NCBI GenBank assembly: GCA_964016885.1
Contig: OZ024741.1
Location: 299,026,001-299,090,000, forward strand
DNA length: 64,000 nucleotides
Reading direction: 5' to 3'
Source of the DNA: Eledone cirrhosa
Lineage: Eukaryota
Positions 24,650 to 36,870 of this stretch are shown here, piece after piece. The number at the start of each line of letters is the position of its first letter. The first letter of the stretch is position 1. Both the position numbers and the translations under genes were made by a program. The notes under the pieces were generated by a model, which worked only from the letters and a program-made list of their open reading frames with translations, was not told where the DNA came from and did no database searches.

Positions 24650-24947
24650 ACAGATTAAATAAAGATGGCGTAGCCATACAATAAAACAGGAGGAAACATA
24701 ATAGCACCACTGACGATGTTGCAGATGTGCAACGAAAGAACTTTGTTAGACTATATATATATGTGTGTGTGTCTATATTATATATGTATTTTTGACCGTT
24801 GGTCAGTCAATGGTAAACATTGAGGACCGAATAAATTAACTGATATAAAAGATACAGAAGCGAAAACCAACCAAACAGTGAGCGTGTTCTGTTATTAATT
24901 CTGGCAATATTATTACAACAATATGACCCTCCCCAAGTATAACAATA
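24347..24947 (+). mobile_element. 3' end and pseudo-LTR of the same Penelope-like family
   Basis: Reverse complement of about 61313-61908; ends ATGACCCTCCCCAAGTATAACAATA; degenerate hammerhead at 24706-24747. Confidence 0.85.
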
Positions 24948-25260
24948 CCTCATCAATATTTAAATTTATTTATTTAGTAGCCGTATTTATTTTTTTTTTT
25001 CAGCCGTTATTCACAGCTGTTTTTCAGTTTTGACAGCGTTTCCAGGTTAAATGTCTCTCTCTCTCGCTCCTTTCTCCTTCTCTCGCTCCTTTCTTCCTTC
25101 TTCAATTTTTCCTCCGGTATCTTCTCCTTCCTTTTCCTTTTTTCCTTTTCCTTCCTTTTTTTTCCAATCTTCTATATCCTCTTATATTTATTTATCATAT
25201 GTTGACTGAACACATCCTTGTTCACAAGTGTTTTTTAGGCATCATATCATGTTACCTTTT

Positions 25261-25325
25261 TTTATCTGATAAGAACGCAACTATCGTCCCAGGATGATAT
25301 TTGTTTTGGAAATGCGAATAATAGA
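25261..25325 (+). ncRNA. Degenerate hammerhead motif (core CTGATAA)
   Basis: tttat-CTGATAA-long stem II (tatcgtcc/ggatgata)-GAAA-tgcgaa-TA-ataga; conserved G8 is mutated. Confidence 0.35.
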
Positions 25326-25361
25326 ATATATGGAACTTTTTTAACCATCTTTTAATTTCTT

Positions 25362-25391
<30 letters not shown>

Positions 25392-25396
<5 letters not shown>

Positions 25397-25589
25397 CGGA
25401 AGAAATGTGGTAAGGAACCAGGTGGACCATAACGCACCAAAGTACTCAATACTTAGGGTAGTAGAGTGGGTAATAGGAACGAGTAGGACCCCGACGGCTG
25501 AGCTCAGCCGTCGGGGTCCTACTCGTTCCTATATATATACATATATATATACATATGGTACATCTGGTTCCTTAACACATCTCTTTCGT

Positions 25590-25594
<5 letters not shown>
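25392..25594. mobile_element. Short (TA)n-embedded palindromic element, copy A
   Basis: Perfect 60-bp palindrome at 25473-25532; termini inverted (GTGGTAAGGAACCAGGTG / CATCTGGTTCCTTAACAC). Relatives at 27395-27591 and 54381-54520. Confidence 0.7.
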
Positions 25595-25637
<43 letters not shown>

Positions 25638-25974
25638 CATATATATATATACATATATAATACTTGCTAATGTATATATTGTTTCATGGTCAGTCAGATG
25701 AAAATATGTTCTAATGATTGCTGCTATAAAAAACTAAACCAGGAAGAAACCGTTAAGTTAACACTATTAAACCATTATATACCATACATTAGAGACGTTA
25801 GTAATGGTTTATTTACACTATTCTTATCTTTGACAGTTGAAAGGCTATGTAAACGATATCATAAGAGAAACGAAAGTAGCCAGACTGTCATCACTTTTAT
25901 GATGATGCTCTTGTGGTTTATCCATGGCCTTTTTTACTTGCAGTGAGACTATCTCTCTTCCCCCTCTCTCCCCC

Positions 25975-26039
<65 letters not shown>

Positions 26040-26989
26040 TCTTCCTCTTTTATATACATATATAAAATTCTGTTATAACGAAATTCACGAGGTATAAAAA
26101 AAAGTATTGATGAGGAGATCGACCTAACACATTGAGCGTATGGCCGGTGATTGAAAGAAATTTCGTTATAATGGAATTTTACCTTTATATAATTCCTATC
26201 TATATATTTACTTTTCTACACATTATATATATTCCTCTCAACTACTGTAATTTATGAAATAAAATTATGGAACAGCTTTTAAAGACATGAGGAAAGAAAA
26301 TTGATTCTCTTTTTATAGAAATAAAGACAACTGCATAAAGAGATGCTAAAAGCAATAACCTAGGAAAGGGCCAATCTCACAGGAGAACTCTGAAGACTTT
26401 AGACTGTAAATAAAGTGAAAATTCATGAAAATTAAACAGTAAAGAACATCTACGACGGAACATTTCTCCCGAAAGGATACTGTCCAACTCGTAAATATAT
26501 CAGAGAAAATAAATAACATAGTTAGCAGATACAGTTTCAATCTTGTCCAAAATATTGTTGTAAAGGTTTCACCAAGAGATTTGTATGCAATGCACACACT
26601 AAAAGGCTACATTACACAACTACAAACTGTGCTAATACAAAACACTACAACAAAACTTGTATGTAAAAAAATTACTAGGAAAACGTAATAAATAAGCCGA
26701 AAAAATGACTTATTCTAAAATATATATTAATGACAATTTCGTCAGCACTTCAAAGTCTGCACAGTATACATAAGCACCTATTGAAAATACGCAACAGATT
26801 TATATTTATATAATGTTATAAATTTGAGAACAAACATAAACTTGCATAAACTTTCGATATAAAACACTCTAAATCTGTATGTAGTTCGGAGGAATGACAA
26901 TGTCACAGACATAATAAATATATAATAGCCGTCAGAATACATGGGTATATTTGTTCCCGATTAACAGCATTGGTTAAGAGATCTAGATA

Positions 26990-27350
26990 TATATTATTCA
27001 GCATGAACACGAATCATGAGTAATGCCTAACAGAATACGATCGTGAGAATACAAGCAGTTGAAATGGGGTACCACCGACGGGTCTTTGGAGTAGCGTTAC
27101 TCCAGGTAGTGCCGCTCTGTCTCCGAATTCATAGATCACAGCTCCGATACTATGGGCATGTTTTAGTATGTCTCAGGAAAGAATCGTCGGACAAATTTTA
27201 CAGGCAAGATCAACCGGCAGGAGAGCCAAGGGCATACTCCGAATAAGATGGTTGGATAACATCCATGATATTGAATGGTCTCCCTTGGAAATCCTTCCGA
27301 ATCAGTTGGAGACGTTTGCTTCTGACAGAACCCGCTGAAAAAAGTATTTG
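26990..27350 (+). mobile_element. Degenerate RTE-like LINE fragment
   Basis: RIQAVEMGYHRRVFGV..LRIHRSQLRYYGHV. Confidence 0.6.
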
Positions 27351-27394
<44 letters not shown>

Positions 27395-27398
<4 letters not shown>

Positions 27399-27591
27399 AA
27401 ATAATTATGACCCCGACGGCAGAGCTCAAGCCGTTTCGACGGCTATCTCTGTCCAAAAATAGCCGTCGAAACGGCTTGAGCTCTGCCGTCGGGGTCAAAC
27501 GTTTTCCTATTTCCCACTCTACTACCCTAAGTATTGAGTACTCAGGTGCGTTATGGTCCATCTGGTTCCTTACCACAATTCCTTTGTTATA
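27395..27591 (-). mobile_element. Short palindromic element, copy B
   Basis: Perfect 39-bp inverted arms at 27408-27446 and 27459-27497; the remainder is the reverse complement of the copy A head. Confidence 0.7.
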
Positions 27592-28452
27592 TCTATATAC
27601 TACTAAAACTCTGATCTTGCGTGCTTGCTTGCTTGTCTGTTATGTAATACAGCCAAAAGGGCGCATAATGGGTAAATACTTTGAAAGCAAGTTGCCTCTG
27701 AAATGGGAATACAAATTGAATAAAACAAGTTTCGCGAAAATCTGATTCGCGGGTTTTGCGGGTACCTTCGTAAATAGCCATAACGGTGCATACTGGGAAA
27801 ATACCTCGAAATTAACATAACCCGCAAAACTTCGTAAATAGCCAAAACATTGCATAATGAGAAAATACTCTGAATAAAACAAGTTTGGCGTAAATCGCAC
27901 ATGGACAATATTTTCAATTTTCCCAAAATAGCAAGGAATTCATTTAAATTTAATTTATCTTATTTTATAATGAATATCGAAAGAAATAATCAGTTTGTTT
28001 TTTGGTCATCCATTCTGTAGGTAAGAGAGACAGAGAGGGGGTGAGAGAGAGAGGTGAGGGAGAGAAAGAGATAGAGTGATGGGATGATAGATGGAGGGGG
28101 GATTACAGATAGGGAAAGAGCCAGTGTCCTTAACTTTTATTTATTTTAACTCTCCCCCTATCCATAACGTTATTTCTTTCTCTCTCTTTCACTGTTATAC
28201 TGCCACCGTGTGTATCTGTATGTGTATCTGTGCCAGTGCATGTGTTTACATACTTAGAGATATATGTGTGTGTATGTGTGTGTAACAGTACTTAAGTTAG
28301 AGACATATATATATATGCAGAGGTTATATATAATTTGTTGGAATACAGCAAGCTTAAAAATATTTTTATAACTGATATAAAGCACTCAACAAATTATTGG
28401 AGTAAATATACAATATATTAACAAATGGAAACTATATTTATAAAACGATATT

Positions 28453-28518
28453 TATTTTATTATACATATTTCAAGGGCCACCAAGGCAAATTATGGTGCG
28501 CTTTCATCAGATAACATA
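28453..28518 (-). ncRNA. Type I hammerhead ribozyme motif in a short (TA)n-flanked insert inside the Helitron
   Basis: Minus strand: tatgttat-CTGATGA-aagcgcacca...tggtggccctt-GAAA-tatgta-TA-ataaaata. Flanks match 61128-61255. Confidence 0.7.
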
Positions 28519-28597
28519 CAATACAGATTAGTTTTATAAATAAATATTGACATACTCTGAACAAAGACAAACTTAACGATTGGAGCTTCCTGGATAG

Positions 28598-28643
<46 letters not shown>

Positions 28644-29390
28644 GTGTGTGTCTAGGATACCTTCGTAAATAGCCAACACGGTGCATAATGGAAAAATAGC
28701 CCTGTAAGTGATATAACCTGAAATGGGGATAAAACGGGTTTATCGTAAATCGACATAAAAATATTTCTCGAATGATGAAAATAGTTTAATAATTATTTAA
28801 AAAATATGTTTCAGTGATTTCTCAGTGAATATGATTTCAAAACTACAAGTTGTTTGTACTTCAAGTATCTATATTCGAGCTTTCTTTAAACAGATGATAT
28901 TTTCATTATCAGAGAATCATTAAGTGAATATCACTGAAAAATACCAGTTGGTGTTAAACAGTAGGTGTTTATATTTTTGCTTTTGTTAAAAAGAATATTT
29001 TAATTATTTAGAAATATTTTAAAGTGAATTTGATTTCACAAATAGCTTTATTTACATAGACAATATCTTCATTTAAAAAAAATTATTTTCAAGTGAATAC
29101 GATGGAAAAAATATTTCTTGGCATATTTAACAAATATTCTTAAGTGAAAATGACTTAAAAAATACAAATTATTTGTACACTGAGTATATATATTTCAGCT
29201 TTCTTTAAGCAGAATATTTTAATTATTAATAAGTATTTTTTAAGTGAATATGATTTGAGAATACGAGTTGTTTAAACAGACAATATTTTCATTATTTAGA
29301 AATATTTTTAAATGATGATTTAAAAAAAAATATTTGTTTGAGGTAATAGGAATGTTTTCTAAGGTGAATACGATTTTCTATTCTTAAATA

Positions 29391-32300
29391 ATGCCTCGAC
29401 GAGGAAGAAAGAAAACATCTGGTTGGTCTATCGGTAGTGGAAAGAAAGCACGGCTAAGGAGAGCCGAAGTAGGTGAGCAAGATAGTGGTCAACGCCAACA
29501 AGATCGGACAGGCATGCGAATAGAAGCATCGATGAGACTGATAAGGCAAGGGCTGCGCGTCTAGCGGAACAGGGGGAAAGAGACAGAAGCAGGAGAGATC
29601 ATGAATCGGATGGTCGGAGAGCTGCGCGTCTGGCGGAACAGAGGGAAAGAGACAGAAGAAGGAGAGATCATGAATCGGATGGTCGGAGAGCTGCGCGTCT
29701 GGCGGAACAGAGGGAAAGAGACAGAAGCAGGAGAGATCATGAATCGGATGGTCGGAGAGCTGCGCGTCTGGCGGAACAGAGGGAAAGAGACAGAAGAAGG
29801 AGAGATCATGAATCGGATGGTCGGAGAGCTGCGCGTCTGGCGGAACAGAGGGAAAGAGACAGAAGCAGGAGAGATCATGAATCGGATGGTCGGAGAGCTG
29901 CGCGTCTGGCGGAACAGAGGGAGAGAGACAGAAGCAGGAGAGATCATGAATCGGATGGTCGGAGAGGTGAGCGTCAGGCGGAACAGAGGGAAAGAGACAG
30001 AAGAAGGAGAGATCATGAATCGGATGGTCGGAGAGGTGAGCGTCAGGCGGAACAGAGGGAGAGAGACAGAAGCAGGAGAGATCATGAATCGGATGGTCGG
30101 AGAGGTGAGCGTCTGGCGGAACAGAGGGAGAGAGACAGAAGCAGGAGAGATCATGAATCGGATGGTCGGAGAGCTGCGCGTCTGGCGGAACAGAGGGAGA
30201 GAGACAGAAGCAGGAGAGATCATGAATCGGATGGTCGGAGAGGTGAGCGTCAGGCGGAACAGAGGGAAAGAGACAGAAGAAGGAGAGATCATGAATCGGA
30301 TGGTCGGAGAGGTGAGCGTCAGGCGGAACAGAGGGAGAGAGACAGAAGCAGGAGAGATCATGAATCGGATGGTCGGAGAGCTGCGCGTCTGGCGGAACAA
30401 AGGGAGAGAGACAGAAGCAGGAGAGATCATGAATCGGATGGTCGGAGAGGTGAGCGTCAGGCGGAACAGAGGGAAAGAGACAGAAGAAGGAGAGATCATG
30501 AATCGGATGGTCGGAGAGGTGAGCGTCAGGCGGAACAGAGGGAGAGAGACAGAAGCAGGAGAGATCATGAATCGGATGGTCGGAGAGGTGAGCGTCAGGC
30601 GGAACAGAGGGAAAGAGACAGAAGAAGGAGAGATCATGAATCGGATGGTCGGAGAGGTGAGCGTCAGGCGGAACAGAGGGAAAGAGACAGAAGAAGGAGA
30701 GATCATGAATCGGATGGTCGGAGAGGTGAGCGTCAGGCGGAACAGAGGGAGAGAGACAGAAGCAGGAGAGATCATGAATCGGATGGTCGGAGAGGTGAGC
30801 GTCAGGCGGAACAGAGGGAAAGAGACAGAAGAAGGAGAGATCATGAATCGGATGGTCGGAGAGCTGAGCGTCAGGCAGAACAGAGGGAAAGAGACAGAAG
30901 AAGGAGAGATCATGAATCGGATGGTCGGAGAGCTGAGCGTCAGGCGGAACAGAGGGAAAGAGACAGAAGAAGGAGAGATCATGAATCGGATGGTCGGAGA
31001 GCTGAGCGTCAGGCGGAACAGAGGGAAAGAGACAGAAGAAGGAGAGATCATGAATCGGATGGTCGGAGTGCTGAGCGTCAGGCAGAACAGAGGGAAAGAG
31101 ACAGAAGAAGGAGAGATCATGAATCGGACGCTCGGAGAACTGAACTTCTTTGCCAACAAACCATTAGGGATAGAGCAAGGACAGTTCAACGACGTGACCT
31201 CTCTGCTGCTGTTGGACAGATGAATAAGATCTGTGTTTCTTGTCATGCAATGCTTTTTCATGGTGAAACTGCTAACTTTTGCTGTATGAATGGAAAAGTC
31301 AGGTTGGGGAATATGCAGCCTTTACCCCAGGAACTTCACAGTTTATTTAGTACTGATCAACCTAGGGCAAACGAGTTCAGGAAGAACCTCAGACAATACA
31401 ACTGCCTGTTCCAAATGACATCTTTTGGGGCGAAGAATTTCTTTCCTCAAGGAGTGGATGGAATCCTTCTATCATTATTCATGGTCAAATTCACCATTAC
31501 ATCGGTTCCTTAACTCCTAATCCCAACGAACAACCCCAATTCCTTCAAATTTACTTCTTGGATCCTCAGGATAGTGTTGATTTGAGGATCAGGATACTCC
31601 ATAACGATGGCATTCAGCGCGACATAGTTATAGTTGAATTATTGGAAATAATACTCAGACAATATAACCCTTACGCTGCTTCATTTCGAATGGCAAAAGA
31701 ACAAATTAAAAATATTCTAGAAGCTTCGATTATTATTGATCCTGATAGGAGACCAGCAATGGAACATGAGAGAAGATTCAATGCACAAACTGCAAACGAA
31801 GTTGCCGTTATTATACAAAACAGCACCGAACTTCAAGCAAAAGCACGGCACATTGTGTTGAAAGAAAAAGGCGGACAATTGCAAATAATCTCAGAGTCCC
31901 ATCGGTCCTATGACAGTTTGCAGTATGTTCTATTTTTTCCTTTTGGCGATGACGTATGGCATCATCAGCTGTTAATGAGCAACAACAAGAAGTTGACGCC
32001 AATGCGCTACTATGCCTGTCGAATAATGAACCATGAGAATGAATTCAACCAACTTCTCAGAGGCGGTTGTTTATTTCAGCAATATTTGGTTGACATGGCT
32101 GCGAAGATTGAAGGAGATAGACTGCAATACATCCGAATGAATCAAACATCATTGCGATCTACAACATACAAGGGCCTTACTGACGCATTGAATGATGATG
32201 ACGATTTTCGCAATATTGGCAGGCGAATCATACTCTCTTCCACATTTGTCGGTGGACCGAGATATATGATGGAGCGATGCCATGATGCCATGATGTACAT

Positions 32301-35265
32301 ACAGAAGTACGGCAATACTTCGTTCTTCATCACAATGACATGCAATCCAAACTGGCCTGCAATCCGGCAAAACCTATTCCTGAATCAGAAGCCACATGAC
32401 AGGCCAGATTTAATTGCCAGAGTATTTGACCTGAAGCGGAAACTGTTAAGAAAGTATCTTACTGGAGTAGATGGCCTATTTGGCAAGTGCACTGTTTACG
32501 TGCTGACAGTCGAATATCAAAAACGAGGTCTTCCTCATATGCACTGTTTGCTATGGCTCAAAGAAGCCTCCAATCCAAGCCCAGACCGCAGGAATATGAT
32601 AAATCTGTTCAAGCCGAAATACCAGATCCAAACAAAGATCCAGAGGGTCATGAATTGTGCTGAAGCACATGATCCACGGTCCGAATTGCTCTAACAATTC
32701 GCCGTGTTGGAAAGATGGAACGTGCAGTATGCGGTACCCTAAGCCTTTCAATGAATATACATTGTGTGGAGAGGACTCTTATCCTGTGTACAGAAGACGG
32801 TCTCCAGGAATGGGAGGATTTGAGGGGCACCAAGAAGGAAGAGGAAGCAGAAATATAACTACGAAATGCGTGGTTCCCTACAATATGAAACTATTAAAAC
32901 TGTTCAACTGCCACCTAAACGTAGAGATATGAAATCGATCAAATACGTTAACAAATATACCATGAAGGGCAGTGATCAGGCAATGTTTGGAGTGAACAGG
33001 GAAGATGAGATAATACAATATTTAATAGGAAGATATATCGGTCCTTCAGAAGCTGTTGCCTTGGTACTTGGATTTCCAATTCATGAGAGAGAACCGGCCG
33101 TAGTTCGCCTTCAAGTTCATCTACCTGAGGAAAATCAAATCTTCTTTCGGGTCAATGCTGCTGTTAAAGTAAACAATAACATGGCTAAGATGACTATGAC
33201 TGAGTTCATGGATCTTTGCGATCGTGAATCGTTTGCAAAAACATTGTATTATGCCGATGTCCCAAAGTTTTACACTTGGAGTAATAAGAGATGGTAAAGG
33301 AGAAAGGTGGGGAAAACAGTTGAGCAGTATCCAGGGATTTTTGAGGCGAACGTTTTGGGACGAGTATACACTGTTTCTCCACGAAGTGGTGACCTGTATT
33401 ATTTAAGACTCCTTCTGCATCACGCCAAAGGGCCAGTATCCTTCAACTCTTTGAAAATGTGTGATGGAGAACTCCTGCCATTATTCAAAGACGTATGCAG
33501 AGAGAAAAGTTTGCTTCAATCGGATGATCATTGGCAGCAGACTCTGGAAGACGCTGAGCGAACAAGGCTTCCCAAAGCCATGAGAGATCTATTCATCGTG
33601 CTCCTCACAAATACGGAAATTGACAATTCCAGTGCTTTATGGGCTCTATTTAAGCATTCGCTGTCTGAGGATTACCTTCAAATAGAAAAAAAGGGCCACC
33701 AGAAACTCTAACCTTTTGATTAGCGAGAGACATTATGATCAATGTCTTCTGTATTTTGAAGACAAACTTAAGGACCTGGGCAAAAGTCTTAGTGACTTTA
33801 ACTTGCCAAGGCAAAATAATATTGTTGCTAATCAGGATATTGGCAATTTGGAGTTATTGCATGAATTGCAATACAGCAGAGAAGAGCAGCGACGATTTGT
33901 AGAAGAGACGGAGCCTCTATTGAATAGTGAACAAAAACACGTGTACGACTTCGTTTGTAACAGTTTAGAGACGAACGCATCTGCATTGATTCTCATTGAC
34001 GCTCTAGGTGGAACAGGAAAGACATTCCTGATTAACTTAATTCTTTCAAAAGTCAGGGGAAACGGCGACGTGGCTATTGCTGTTGCGTCATCTGGCATTG
34101 TTGCAACACTGATGCCTGGTGGAAGAACAGCGCATTCTAGGTTCAAAATAACGATAGTAGTGAAAGAAAATGGTCTGTGCAGCATTGATAAAAACTCAAA
34201 GACGGCAAACCTCTTCCAGCATACAAGACTGATTGTTTAGGATGAGTGTCCTATGATTCGGAGGGAAAGCTTCGAAGCTGTTGACCTCACTCTGCGTGAC
34301 ATATGCGACAACAATGAGGCATTCGGTGGAATTTTGACAATTTGCTGTGGCGATTTCGGTCAGCTTCTTCCGGTAGTAAAAAGGGGAAATGAAGCGGACG
34401 TGGAAAACGCCTGCATTAAAAAATCCTACTTATGGCGAAGCTTCAAAAGATTTCAGTCGAAGACAAACATGCGATTGGATGGGGGAGCAGGAGACTATTC
34501 ACAGTTCCTATTGGATATTGAGGAAGATAAGATAAAAAAAAAAACTGAAAATGAGGAAATTATTTTGCCAAAAGAAATGGTTCTCCAAGCAACAACTATG
34601 GAAGAATGTATTGATTTCATCTACCCCTCATTCGGCAATCCAGCTGAAGTGTTTTCGAACAATTGCATCTTAGTACCTCTCAATGAAATGATGAGAAGCA
34701 TCAATTCCACCTGTATCAGACTCTTCCCTGGAACCATAAAAGAGTACCGATCCTATAATTCTGTGAGTGATTGTGCCAATGCCACTCATTTCCCGACTGA
34801 ATTCCTTGATTCGGTTGAACTAACAGGACTGCCACCACATAACCTGGAATTGAAAAAAGGATCTCCAATAATTCTTATGAGAAACTTGAATCCTCCAAGG
34901 CTTTGTAATGGAACGCGCATGATCTTGGAAAAACTGCACGACAATCTCATAGTAGCAAGAACACTTCTGCTTTCAGAAATAAAATCGTTATGATACCTAG
35001 AATAAGAATTAATCTATCCGAAGGTGAGGGTATCCCTTTGCAGCGAAGCCAATTCCCAGTTCAATCGTGCTTCGCTATGACTATTCATAAAGCACAAGGA
35101 GAAACTATGGAAAACGTCTTGGTTTATCGACCTGTATTCCAACACGGTCAACTATATGTAGCCCTTAACCGCGGAAAACGAAAAGAAAATGTCAGCGTGT
35201 TTCTGAATGATACCCAGTCAACTAAGAATGTTGTCATCAAAAGCATTCTTTTGAACAAACTGTAA
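29391..35265 (+). pseudogene. Helitron RepHel (zinc finger, HUH Rep, Pif1-family SF1 helicase), many frameshifts and stops
   Basis: CVSCHA..CCMNGKV; FFITMTCNPNW, RPDLIARVF, EYQKRGLPHMH (HUH), KYVNKYTMKG; GGTGKT, GDFGQLLPV, LCNGTR, FAMTIHKAQG, HGQLYVAL. Confidence 0.92.
29550..31135 (+). repeat. 69-bp coding minisatellite, about 23 copies
   Basis: Unit GCGGAACAGAGGGAAAGAGACAGAAGAAGGAGAGATCATGAATCGGATGGTCGGAGAGCTGCGCGTCTG with a few dimorphic sites. Confidence 0.97.
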
Positions 35266-36138
35266 CAGCGTAAATATGAGAAAATGTTGATTCCGACGTC
35301 AGAAAATGAAAGGAAAAGGAAAATCTAAGACAAGTAAGAATAATTTCTTTCAAATCTTTGTAAATAAAACCAGCTTTTCATTAACATTGCAACTTTTTAA
35401 GCAGAAAAATCTTTCATAACAAACAGTCAAGCATCCATAGAGATAGAGAAAAAATAATTTTGAAGTGGAGTAATTGGATAGTTATTAGTGAAAAAGGTTT
35501 GATATTTTCTTTGTGAAAATACTTGTGAATAATACAGTGAAAAGACAAGTTTCGCGTAAATCGGACCACGGGATCCTGAGATACGCGGGTTTTTTCGGGT
35601 ACCCTTATAAATAACCAAATCAGCGCATAATGGGAAAATTCTTTGAAAGTAAGGTACCATTGAAATGTGAATACAAACGCAGATAGTGGTTGTGAGAGAG
35701 AGAGTGGGAGAGAGCGGGTGGTGTTGTTGAATGAAATTATGACAGGTGACTTCAAAGAATTGAATACAGCATTACTGTATCTAGCTTGAATTTGGTGACT
35801 GAATATTAAGTTATATGTATCTTATAACTTGTGTGAGGACAGGATGTATGTGTGTGTGTGTCTGTAACCAGTGTATATAGGCCACAGACACCCACACACA
35901 CAAACACACACATATATATACACGTACATGTGCACACACACACGTATATATTGGCTTTCGAATGTCATTTTACATTATATACATTTTGTGTATATTTCAA
36001 TTATTTAAAAATTAATTTTAAGTGAACATGACCCAACGGGTCACGGGTGGTCTAGCATATATATATATACATATGTCCCAAGGCTCTGATACCATCAACA
36101 CTATACACACAGAGCTGGCATATCTAAGAACTGACTAA

Positions 36139-36192
36139 CTGCCTGATGAGGTCATAGCCATTCAATGGCTATCATCGAAATATATATAGCAG
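36139..36192 (+). ncRNA. Type I minimal hammerhead ribozyme motif
   Basis: ctgc-CTGATGA-ggtc atagccatt c aatggctat catc-GAAA-tatata-TA-gcag, followed by AATAAA; lies in a ~170-bp segment between (TA)n tracts. Confidence 0.75.
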
Positions 36193-36238
36193 CAAATAAA
36201 GGATTATGAGTTCATGCAATTGACTTATGTTTCGTCAC

Positions 36239-36285
<47 letters not shown>

Positions 36286-36436
36286 ATATATTGTCTTTAA
36301 AGCGTTGAAATATCAGAGATAGACAACTCATGAGGAACCCCCCTCCCCCGTTCTTGCTTTCTTCTTATTCTCATTCCATTTTAAAGCCTAACTTAACTAG
36401 CAACTACACAGCCAATCCTATTCTCCATAATTTATA

Positions 36437-36480
<44 letters not shown>

Positions 36481-36819
36481 TATACATACATATATTTATC
36501 TATCCGTGGTTGACGGTTGAAAGAAAAGAGTACTCAAGAGCGAAGTAGAGTTTTAATATCCATTTTGTTAAGGCTAAATAGTGATTTCTGTAACTCTGGT
36601 GTTCCGCCTATTTATCCGCCTATTTATCTCATTCTTGTTGATGTCACTGTGATAAGCAGGCGAAACTCTACACGAAGAAACTCATTATTTAACCTTAATA
36701 ATAATAATAATAATTATCACTATATATATATATATATATATTTTGTTTCTGAATTTGTTTAGCAAGATTGTTATTGGCAACATGACCCTCCCAAAGTATA
36801 ACAATATATATATATATAT

Positions 36820-36870
<51 letters not shown>

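Larger units (their letters stand above)
27592..36055 (+). mobile_element. Full-length Helitron (rolling-circle transposon), disrupted
   Basis: 5' A|TCTATATACTACTAAAACTC; 3' hairpin TGACCC-AAC-GGGTCA just upstream of CTAG at 36052-36055; RepHel coding remnants inside. Confidence 0.85.

Noticed and set aside
29550-31135. CRISPR-like regular repeat array
   Set aside because: Units are contiguous with no unique spacers, there are no cas genes, and the context is eukaryotic. It is a coding minisatellite.
29561-31261. 566-aa (-) and 540-aa (+) repeat ORFs as novel proteins
   Set aside because: They are stop-free alternative frames of the 69-bp repeat; a different + frame is the one continuous with RepHel.
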